From Tubulanus polymorphus (lineage: Eukaryota > Animalia > Nemertea): a stretch of DNA of 64,000 nucleotides. The stretch is from assembly GCF_964204645.1 (NCBI RefSeq), contig NC_134032.1, forward strand, positions 4,178,175 to 4,242,174, written 5' to 3'. A program made the translations under genes and the position numbers. The notes below the pieces were generated by a model, which ran no database searches, was not told the DNA's origin, and worked only from the letters and a program-made list of their open reading frames with translations. Positions 50,001 through 61,300 of this stretch are shown here, piece after piece. Numbering within the stretch: position 1 is the first letter of the stretch; the number at the start of each line of letters is the position of its first letter.

Positions 50001-53000
50001 AGACGGTCCTGAATATGTCTGCTCTGTGTGTCATCGACTCTTGTTCAGAAATCAAGTTAAAGATCTTATTGAAAACAATTACACTACTCATGGACCTACA
50101 CATGCTGAAATTGCTCAAAAATGTATAACAAATACATATCTACATGTCTGCAATGAAGATTGTCCAACACCATGCACCTTGTAAACTGAACCATCAATTA
50201 AGCAGTGGATTTGTCACAATTGTCATCATAAGTTATTGATGGCTAAGATACCATGTGAGGCTGCTTGCAATAATTTGCAGTTAGATAGAGTTCCAAGAGA
50301 ATTATCACATCTGAATCCACTGGAGGAGCATCTTATTGCGATAAACATTCCATTCATTAAGATGATTGCTTTGCCGAGGCAAGGACAGCATGGTTGTCAT
50401 GGGCCTGTTGTATGTGTGCCAAGTGATGTTAAAAAAACTACTACAATATTACCTCGTGATTCATCTGATGATCAAATGATGAAAGTTAAATTGAAACGCA
50501 AACTCACGTACAAGGGTCACTATCAGTATCAGTTTGTTGACCAGAAAAAAATCATGGATGCTCTTACCACTTTAAAATCAATTAACAAACACTATCGTGA
50601 CATTGAACTGAACCAAGACTGGACCAATTGTCTTGAAAAAATTGATGAAGAATCAGAATCTGAAGTGCTCTCAACTGATAAATCGTCGTCCAATATAGAT
50701 GAAAGCTGTGTGAATTCCTTACCTACTGCTAAGAGTGAAGCAGATAAGGAAACAAATGGAACTGATTCACAGGAAGAAACCGAGGCAGAAAATCTACACG
50801 AAATGTATATGAATTCATGTCTACAACCAATTGATATTGGTCAAGAAATTCTTGATGCACACTTTAATGATATTTTGTGTCTGGCACCAGCTGAAAATAA
50901 CAGCCCAATACAAATATTAACCGACAAAGAAAATGAAGCCAAATCATTCCCCACATTGTTTCCTACTGGAAGATTCACTTATCATGCTGTTCGTGATGAA
51001 AGAATCACTCTCGCACGATATTTACATACCCGATTGATGAACGCTGATCCAAGATTCTCTCGAAATACTGACTTTATTTTCTATTCACAATTTTTGTCAG
51101 AAATTAATCAGGTTGCATCAAATGTATCGATAGCGCTACGAAAAGGAGTGAAAGATAGCACTCGGCAATTTCATGTCGGATTGGATAGTCTAAGAAATCT
51201 CAAAGACGTGAATGATATCTTCAAGTATAATGATGGCTACAAGTTTTTGAAACCAATACGAGGAACACCACCATTCTGGCAGGCTGCTCAAAAAGACTTA
51301 TTGGCTATGGTTCGGCAATTAGGTGTCCCTACATTTTTTGTGTCATTTTCAGCCGCTGAAATGAGATGGAATGAACATTTAGAAGCTATAATGCGAATCG
51401 ATGGATGCAATAAACCAGTTAGTGAATTGTCATGGTCTGAGAAATGTGGTATTTTGAGACGCAATCCTGTCACTGCTGCACGCATGTTTGATCACAGATT
51501 TCATACATTCCTTAATGATGTTATCAAATCCCCAGCGCAACCTATTGGTGAAATTCAAGACTTTTTTTATCGAGTAGAATTCCAGATGAGAGGCAGCCCA
51601 CATGTACATGCACTGATATGGGTAAAAGACGCACCGAAATCAGGAATTGATGACGACGCTAATGTCACCTCGTTTGTAGATCGATATATCACCTGTAAAT
51701 TACCTGATGATTCTGAGGATCCTGAATTACATGAAACTGTAACCAGTGTCCAAATGCACAGCAAAAGACACTCAAAAACATGCCGCAAGAAAGGTACTAA
51801 ATGTAGGTTTAATTTCCCAAAGAATCCTTCATTACAAACATTTTTCACTCAAGAAAAATAGGAACCCCCACCACCACCAAGTACTGATGAATCGAATAAT
51901 GAAGAACCATTAAATGAACAAATTGAGGCAGCTAGCAATGCAATGAGTCCCGATCAAGCGAAAGAAATATTACAGAAAGTCTGGGAATTGATGAACAAAG
52001 AGGATACTGATTTATCAACTACAGAATCACTGTACATATCAATTGGAATCACACAAGATATGTTTGAAGAAGCTTATCGTTGTTTATCACGTAAGAGTAG
52101 TGTCGTTTTGAAAAGGGAACCAAATGAATGTTGGGTAAATCAATACAATCCTGCATTATTGAGAGCCTGGCAGGCTAACATGGATATACAGTATGTGACT
52201 GATGCATTTGCATGCGTAGTATACATAGTATCGTATATCTCAAAGAGTGAACGAGAAATGGGTCTTTTATTAGAACACACAAGAGCGGAGGCTGCAGATA
52301 ATAATCAAAGCGCGAAACAAGCCATGAAATCATTAGGTTCAACTTATCTCCATAATCGTGAGGTGTCAGCTCAAGAAGCAGTGTATCGAGTTTGTAATCT
52401 AAAAATGAAGCAAGGATCTCGAAAAGTTCAGTTTATTCCTACAGGTGACAATATCATTAAATTAAGTAAACCACTGAGCGTATTACAATCAAAAAGCGCA
52501 GATCACGATTTGACTGATGATGATGTATGGATGACTGGCATCGTAGAACGATATCAAAATCGACCTGATGATGAGGAATTTGAACAAATGTGTTTGGCTC
52601 AATTCTGCTCTGAATATAGGATTCTCGCAAAATCTCAAGTGAACAACAGCAGCATAGCATTGAAAAATGAGAGTGGATATATCAGAAAGAGAACCAACAC
52701 AGCCCCGGCAGTTGTCAGGTATGCTAGATTTTCAAAAACAAAACAACCTGAAAAACATTATCAAACAAGTCTACAATTATTTCTGCCATATCGTCAAGAT
52801 GAACAATTAAAACCACCAGGTTTTGAAACATTCGAAGTTTTCTATGAAACAGGGCATGTATGTTTAGGTTCAGCACCATTAACGGCTGTTAAACATATTG
52901 TAGACAAACATCGCAGTTGGTTCGAAGCCGATATTGAAACATTTGACATGGCGCAAGAAATGTTGAATACAAATGATGAGTACGAGGATGCATGGGCTCA

Positions 53001-55260
53001 AATTGCACCGGAATGTGAACATGAAAGACATGAGGCTATTGCTGAATCACAACCTAATACCCACGATGACAATGAAAATGACCCTAATGATATACCGGAT
53101 TTGCAGTATACCGCAGAAAAAAAATCACCTGGCAACTATGCAATTGAAAATTCAAATGCAGCCCTATCAAAAGACGCTGCATGGAAATTAATTCGATCAT
53201 TGAACAATCAACAGAAAGAGGTATTCTATAAACTGAGACAGTGGTGTATTGATATTCGTAATGGTCATAACCCTAAACCATTTCATATATTTCTAACAGG
53301 CGGAGCAGGTACAGGAAAATCACATTTGATAAAGGCTATCAAATATGAGGCATCAAGAATTCTTGCACCAACTGCTGAAAACCCAGATGATGTAACTGTT
53401 TGTTTGACTGCTCCAACAGGTGTTGCCGCATACAATATTGGTGCGACTACAATTCATAATACGTTTGCTATTAACATTGGAGCAAAATTACCGTATGTAC
53501 CTTTGAGCGATGACAAAATATCTGAATTACGTGTGAAGTTCAACAGTCTCCAAATAGTGATAATCGATGAAATATCTATGGTTGATCATAAAATGCTTGG
53601 TTATGTACACGGCAGATTGAGGCAGATAAAACAATGTCCTGATTATTCTCCATTTGGTAATGTCAGTGTTATAGCTGTCGGTGATTTCTATCAACTGCCT
53701 CCAGTCAAAGGCAAACCTCTGTATTCACCGCCTGATAATGGTGTTGATTTATGGTCTAATGTATTTGAAATTGTAGAATTACAAGAAATAATGCGCCAAA
53801 AAGGTGGTGAATTTGCAGCTATGTTGAACCGACTAAGATCAAAAAAGAAAGAAGATATGCTATCAGATACAGACGACGCAACCTTGAAAGCAAGAGTTAC
53901 AGGTGAAACCAATGCAACTGCTTTAGGTATATACTCTACGAACAAACAAGTAGACGACGTTAATACAGCCATGTTGACAGAAAACTGCACTAACATTGTT
54001 GAAATTGCAGCACATGATTTGACTAAAGATCCAAGAACTGGCAGATTGATAAAAAAAGTTAATTACCACATAAGCAATAAGAGCTTGTCATTGGCAAAAA
54101 GCTTATTGTTAGCCTATAATGCAAGAGTTATGCTGACTAAGAATATCAATGTTTCAGATGGACTAGTCAATGGAGTTCTTGGCACTGTGTCGCATATATC
54201 ATTTGATGATGACATGGAATGTACTACAATATATGTGATTTTTGATGATAAAAAAATCGGTAAAGAACTACGTAATACGTCTAATGTTTCTAATGTGCCA
54301 GAAAATAGTACACCAATAGTACGAGTTGAGGAATCAGCGATGAAAAATAAAGGCGTGCGTCGACAATTCCCATTGAAATTAGCTTGGGCCTGTACAGTTC
54401 ATAAAGTTCAAGGAGTTACAGCACAAAACGCAGTAGTTTCGTTGAAAAAGATTTTCTCACCTGGACAGGCAGACGTAGCACTGAGTCGAGTGACATCTAT
54501 TGAAGGTTTAATTCTTGAGGATTATTCACCCAAGGCAATTTTTTGCAATGAGCTCATTAAACCAAGCGTTGAAAATATGACTCCATTCATACAAACTGAA
54601 AATGATCTATGTAACGACTGTACCCTCACTATGGCTCTACATAATACTGAAGGTTTACCCGCCCACTATAATGATATTGCTAATGATGAAAGGCTTTCGG
54701 GAATAGATTATATTTGTGTCACTGAAACCTGGTTAACTGATGATCACAACAGTGTCGACATTCAGGGATATAACTTCCACCATCAGACAAGATCTATGAG
54801 TTATGATATTGATCATGAAATGGTAACACAAATTCACGGTGGTGTAGGTATTTATGCAAAATTAACATCAGATTATGACCAGATTCCGCTACAAACAAAG
54901 AATATTGAATGTATGGCCATAAAGGATCACAAATCCGGAATAGCATTTGCTGTAATATATCGTCCTCCCTCCTACAATGTAACTCCATTCAAAATAGCTC
55001 TGAGAGATGTTATTTGTGAAATACGATCACACTCTGATCAAATAGCTATTGTTGGTGATTTCAATGAAAATGTATTAGTATCGTCGAGTGTTGCAAATAT
55101 GCTCGAAACATTTGGATATGTACAATGTGTTACTATGCCAACTACAAATGCTGGAACGCTTGTAGATCATGTATATGTCACTGGTTTTGCACGACCGCAC
55201 ATTCATATAGTACCCACTTTCTACAGTCATCACGATATAGTTTCGCTAGGATTCCACTAA
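47021..55260 (+). pseudogene. Helentron polyprotein: herpes-tegument-like DUB, OTU, 18-aa repeats, Zn finger, HUH Rep, PIF1 helicase, AP endonuclease
   Basis: FHQG...GKQCV.N and WVFDSH; GDGSCFFRAIS; VEFQMRGSPHVH and YIVSYISK; GGAGTGKS, IIDEISM, GDFYQLPPV, TVHKVQG; TETWL, YRPP, GDFN. At least three frameshifts, plus in-frame stops at 50182 and 51859. Exon 1 is 47021-47065. Confidence 0.93.
49280..49830 (+). repeat. 54-bp coding tandem repeat (KYQNDEQHRxQVKSYSIE), about 10 units
   Basis: Direct reading. One 53-bp unit near 49470 shifts the frame. Confidence 0.93.
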
Positions 55261-58200
55261 TTATAAGCTGTAACTTTTCGTATACAAAATTCGAATCACC
55301 TCGACAAAATATCCCACTGACCTTCCATATATGCATGTATTTGATAAATGTTTTTTCAGACATAACTGTTGATATTACCAGAAGATATTGAGCTAATACA
55401 GGATGTTGGTTAATGGATCATGATCGCAAAGAAGAAGAATATTCAAGACATGAATGGGATTTACTCGTCAACAAATTAATAATTATTGGTAATTACAGAT
55501 ACTTGATCAATAATTTCTATGTTTATACAAAAGAAAATAAGGCTCAACAAAAATGATACCTTGTTTCTTCGCAGCGGTCGGGTCATATTTGTAAAATATG
55601 GTAAAATTTGTAAACAGTTCATTTCTATAGCGGCCGGGTCTGTTGTGGTAAAATTGGTCACGTTTTTAAAGATGTAATGTATAGGGTAGATAGGGGGCTG
55701 GCTTGGTCAAGTTTTAAGCTCAGCAGAGCTGAAAACAAGGTATCAATTTTTTTAGCCTAATGGGAAATAAATAATGTATATAAATATTTTTTAGATGCCA
55801 ATATTGAGAAATGTTTATAAATACACAAATTTTCATAATGTTTTACAGTAAAAATTATGATTTATATGACTGGCTATGAAATTTAAATCTGTGATATAAT
55901 TCCAGGAATGATGATGCACCATCGTGCTAACAAATACAACAAACCAATCAACTATTCCTGGCCCCAGATTTAGTATCTAATGACACTGCCTCATATGGGA
56001 TACTACCTGAACTAGAATAAAATAGATACAGTACATTGAAAAATATATCAACATGATAAAATAATAAAAGTATAGATACCAATACATGGTCAAAATTGAC
56101 AAATGACACTGCATTTGATCAGTACGCAATGTGTATGAGTATCAGTGATGTGTATCAGAGCATGAGTATGTTAAAGTGGATTCAATTGATAATCGTTTAA
56201 TAAATTACCAATAACTTTATACTGGTATTATACCTCTTGTGATTGAGGCAATCAACTGAATTTCAAATCGCTGCTCTATCAGAATCTCTCACAAAACCAT
56301 ATGCAGTGATTTATATTATGATATCTTCAATGGAGACTAGATTTTTGGTTCATATCTCAGAATCATGCGATCTTATAATAGGACCCCATATTGCATTGGG
56401 ATATCAAAAGTGATGATTTATCTTCAGTATTTGCACCCATGAAATGACCAATGAATAAAACAATGATTTTTCCCAGACTGTGTGATACGAAAATCATGAA
56501 CTAGTAAACAACCTGTGAAATCAAATAACATCACGATGCCTCAAATCAAATAACATCAGGAAATCAAATAACACTAGGACACTTCAGTGGACAGAAACTG
56601 TCCATTGAGGTGTAGCTGTCCCACCTTATATGGACAGTTACACAGCAAAAGTTCTTCTATATTGAGGAACATGCATTGATATTACTATTTTTAAAAAGGT
56701 AGGTTACAGAAAGGTAGATGTACCTCCATGAAAACGTATCATTAAGAACAATTACTTAGAAAATTATTTAACTATTTTCAGGCCACGTAAAACAAGAGGA
56801 TCCATTGTTCGTATCATGACTGGCTACAGTATCTACAAAACATGCCATTAAAACATATGAACTGTTTCAACGATGTCTCCACAAGGTAAAGTAGCAGGGA
56901 TGAGATAAATGCATGAGAAAAATGTGAAAACTCCTGAAATTGTTAGAAATTACCAGTAAGATTTTATGTGGTTTTCCTGATGGGCTGTTTAAAATGTTTA
57001 GAGTATGGGTACTTTTTGACCCTAGATAGTTCATTATACATGTACATGTTCTAAATGTAGTGTCAGTCATCCATTTATTTACCCTTACCGGACAGAATTG
57101 TTTTATACTGTATCTTAAAAAATTTAACTCTGCAGTTCTCGCATGTAACTTTGTTGAAATTGATGAGATCACATTAGGTATATGTCCCCTTTGAACACAA
57201 TTCTGTTTTTGGGATGAAAACATTTAAAATCTTGTTTTTTGGTGTGATGATAATAATATGACAAAAGTTAATAATGACCACATCATTAACTGTGAAATTT
57301 TCACATTTTTCATCATATCCTTGAAATATTGAGGAAATTCCTTCACACCAATAACTGATTATAAATATCTTTCTCACTTTCAGAAAAGTTATGTAACTTT
57401 CTATTATTCAACATATTCCTCTACTTCAAACATGTCTACTTCAACAAGTCACTTCGCTTATCCTGGCAAAATACAAAATGCCTGCAACAACATTACACTT
57501 CGACACCAACCCAACAGACCACACTTGTACTGAGGCATTAATGCATGTTCTTGCACATACCAGTATTCTCAAGATGGAGCCATTCGAGTCATATGTCTGA
57601 ATTGACAATAAATCAGGTAACTTATAATGTCTGCTTTGATGTACACTATTGTGTATTTTAATTTCTCTGCTATTTCTCTGCTATTCAAATAATAACTTTT
57701 AAATTTAACATTTCAGCAATTAACAAGCTTTATGTATATCACTGCAACATTCACTCGCAAAAATGGATAAAGAAGCGTAACATGAACTCTTATAGACTTA
57801 TGCAGCTATCAATGTTATGTCTGACCCCCCCTAGTTCAGCGGTCGATGCAACATCGACGTCGAATTTTGGCGTATGCCTGACGTGGCGGCAAAACGCTGA
57901 TGTCGATTGTCTGGCTATCATTTTTTTTATATTGGGTGAATGACTGACGAACAGTTGGGGGCTATATAATGATGTTCTGGCGAATAGTTTCATGGAATGA
58001 GGTGAAAACCTGACGTACCGGTACCGGATTTTTAATTATGCGCAAGGAAGTTAAATAACCCGAACCGAAAAAAGATATATTACGACGCGTCTGTTGTGTT
58101 CTGCAGATAAATATAGCCTGCATGGGATTCGAACCTAATCACCGCGTTTGTATTCTAAATAGACTGGTTCCCTGCCCCAACGAGTCTATTTTCTTACTCG

Positions 58201-58385
58201 AGTCAGGTAACTTCGCTTGTAATTGGTGTGAGTAAATGTTTTTTTTTCATTGTCTATGCAAACTTTATTCATGTGTGTTACGCGATATTTTATATGTAGC
58301 AAATGTTAATAAATATTGAATTGAATTGAATTGTAAATAAAGAATTTGAATTTTCGTTTATCGATTGGCGAACGAAGAAAAACGG

Positions 58386-61300
58386 ATGGAAAAAATGCCA
58401 AGGTATTTATCAATCAGTTTATCTTATCGTCTCAGCAGGCCCCTATCTAGTATCTATATGACAATCTATACTAACTATGCCATCAATCACTTCCTTGGCT
58501 TGTTGGAGTTGTATCTAGCTAGAACGTAAAATTTCAGCCTAGGTTAGTCTGAGTAAAAACGCTCACAAAAAATTGATTGAAATTCAATTCTGTAGGGCCA
58601 GGCCTAATCTGCTTATATGGCTATTCCATGCTTCCACAACAAAGCCTGTCATCTGAACACCATTATTATTTATTCCATTGCCGTTATATTATTACTAAAA
58701 ATTCACCCCCTCCTAATCCTAGGCGCCAGGCTGCTCTTGGTCTTGGACTTGTACTCTAGGCCTACAATATACAACTTGTATTTTGTAGTGTATGTATGGA
58801 AAGAAGTCAGTGAGACCTTCTTCACTCACAATCACGTATTCTGCTATTCATTACAATTAATGTGGATGCCGTGAAGAAAACTCAAACTGTTGTCTATCAG
58901 TGTCTTTTCAATCCAAGGGACACTGCCTACAGAAAGCACCACCTCATCATGATCTGTCAAATTTTAAAATGTTTTACTTCTTTCGCGATATGTGACCTAG
59001 TTCCCATTATTGTGAAACTTCATTAGAAGTGATCAGGCTAACCAGTAACCTATCCTTTACGAAGCGTGCCCTTGCTCTTCTTGATAAAATTAATAGGCCT
59101 ATTATAATTTTTTATTTTCAGTCGACCCTTTAAATTACTCGTGGGCAAAGGAACCCAAGAAAAAGTTCCAATAATAGCAACATCGTATGAGGATTTATTA
59201 CAGAAAGGTGAGTCTATTTAAGTCTTGATTCGTGTAAGGTCAATGAGGCCTATAAAGGTAAAATTCACCTTTCCTGATCTCACGATTAGTTTATAAATTC
59301 TTAGCATTTCTTTAGCAGCAAGGGTATTTCTTTTCAAATGAATAGAAATCAATCTTTATTTAATTAATTGTAAAGCTTTTGTACAATATTGTTTTTATGG
59401 TAATGCTGCAATTGGGACATAAGTTCACAAAAATGAATATAAATCAAATGTCTATCTTCCTATAAAATGATACTACGTAGGATATAAGTTAAAAACCACT
59501 CTTTGATACTACGTACTGGTAGGGCTTGAAATTTTTGAAATTTCATACATCATCGATCCACATTGGATACTACTCAACCAAAATCTCGATCCGATATCCA
59601 AATCATGGTAGGCCTACCCCAAGTTCAGAGGTTTACTGAAAATTTTGGAAACCCATTTGGATACATAGACATCAAAGATCTAGGCCTAGTAGGCCTATCA
59701 TGTAGAAAACCCTCAAGTTTTTTTAACAATTTTATTTCCGACGTTTCGACACACCACTGTGTGTCATCAGGGTAAAGTTACAAGTGACCTAGTAGGCCTA
59801 TCCTTTGGATATCAAGATACTGCTAATTTCAAGCCCTGTATGACGAAATTAATTTGCCTAGGTGCACGAAGCACTCCTAGTTTGTAAAATGGTATTTGTA
59901 TTTTAGTTTGTGAAAAATTGAACTGTGAAGGTGTCCTGTACACAGAAGACCACACAGAAATAACTGCTGAATACTATGACTTTCTTGAAAACTTCACTGT
60001 TGTGTATTTGAAAGCTAGTCCCGATGTCAGCGAAATAGAATCGATCGAGAGTGAACCTGATATTGCAGCTGTCAGAGGTAACTATTATTTCTTATGACTT
60101 CACCCTTCAGCTGCAAGAGATAGTTAACCCTTTCCTAAATATATTTTCTGCTTTTAAGAACTACAATAGTGATAGATGTCCCACTGTGATAGCCTTTCAA
60201 GGCTGGGTTCAAACTTGTGTCTGCGTTGAACTCAAGTGTGACTCTCTTACTTAAACATAACTTACCGTACTTGCCGTATCCTGGCAATATTGCTACCCCA
60301 GTAATATTGGATTTCACTTGATATTTTTTATATTACTTTACTATCATTTTAAAAGCTCAGATATAGAGGACTGTCATTGTTTCTTTTATAGTCTAATGAA
60401 GTTGTGTAATTTTTCCACAGAAATTACAGTTCAGAAAACTTTAGTTGATTTTGGCACAATGGATACAGAAAAACATAAAGCTCATATTCAGCGACAGACA
60501 AAGATTCTGGCAGAGCATGGGAAAAATGCTAATTACAACAAGGAAATAAATAAAACATGCTATAAGCTTGTTTTAAAAACACCGGAGCTGTTAAATAAAG
60601 GCAATAGAGGAACGCTTCTGAAAAATGCAAGACTTGAGGTACATGTATAAATTTGAAAACCAATGATTTTAAAAAGTTTTTGATTACAGGTATTTTTGAA
60701 AGTCTACGCTACATTATCCGCCACCCTCACTATCTGCCAATACATTTTACATACGAATGGATTTCTACAACATATTTGTTTGTTTACTGATTAGCTCTGC
60801 TGTGACTGAAGTTCCCAGTTCAAGATGGCCGACAGGTGGCCATGATTATTTTAGGTTTTATTATCTTATGACATAACTTTATAAAAACCAATTGAGGTAA
60901 TTTCATTGAATTTTTTGATGGTAGGTGTATATTAAATCTGGGAGGTGGCTGACAGTTTGTGTTGGCTTTTATGTATTTTATGCCATAACACTGATGGACA
61001 TAATTTCATGAAATCTTTATGGTGGGTGTATGGTAGTACAAAGAGGAATCCTGTTTACATGAATTTACAGGACAATTGCTAATTCCCCAAAAATACTTAA
61101 ATTTTCCCACCAGAGCTTTATCCATAGAGATTTGTTATATTTCTTTTCAGGTTAATAAAGTGTACCCTTTTAAGAGAAAACGCAGACATGCCAACGCTGA
61201 TTCTGGTCCAAAACCGAAGCTGTCGAAAAAGTGTCGTCAACAAAGGATCGCTGATATAAATGATAGGTTATTGTCAATCGAATCTAAAACCGGCATTCTG

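Larger units (their letters stand above)
44378..57800 (+). mobile_element. Helentron (Helitron2/HLE2), inactivated; right boundary not identified
   Basis: Left end ATTAGGGTTTCTGC-TGCTTTC-GCAGAAACCCT (11-bp stem) followed by (ATT)n. It interrupts the LINE and contains a RepHel-endonuclease gene. Confidence 0.82.

Noticed and set aside
57799-57812. Helentron right terminus at TATGCAGCTAT
   Set aside because: It is only an 11-bp match, the preceding GCAGAAACCC arm is absent, and the LINE does not resume afterwards.
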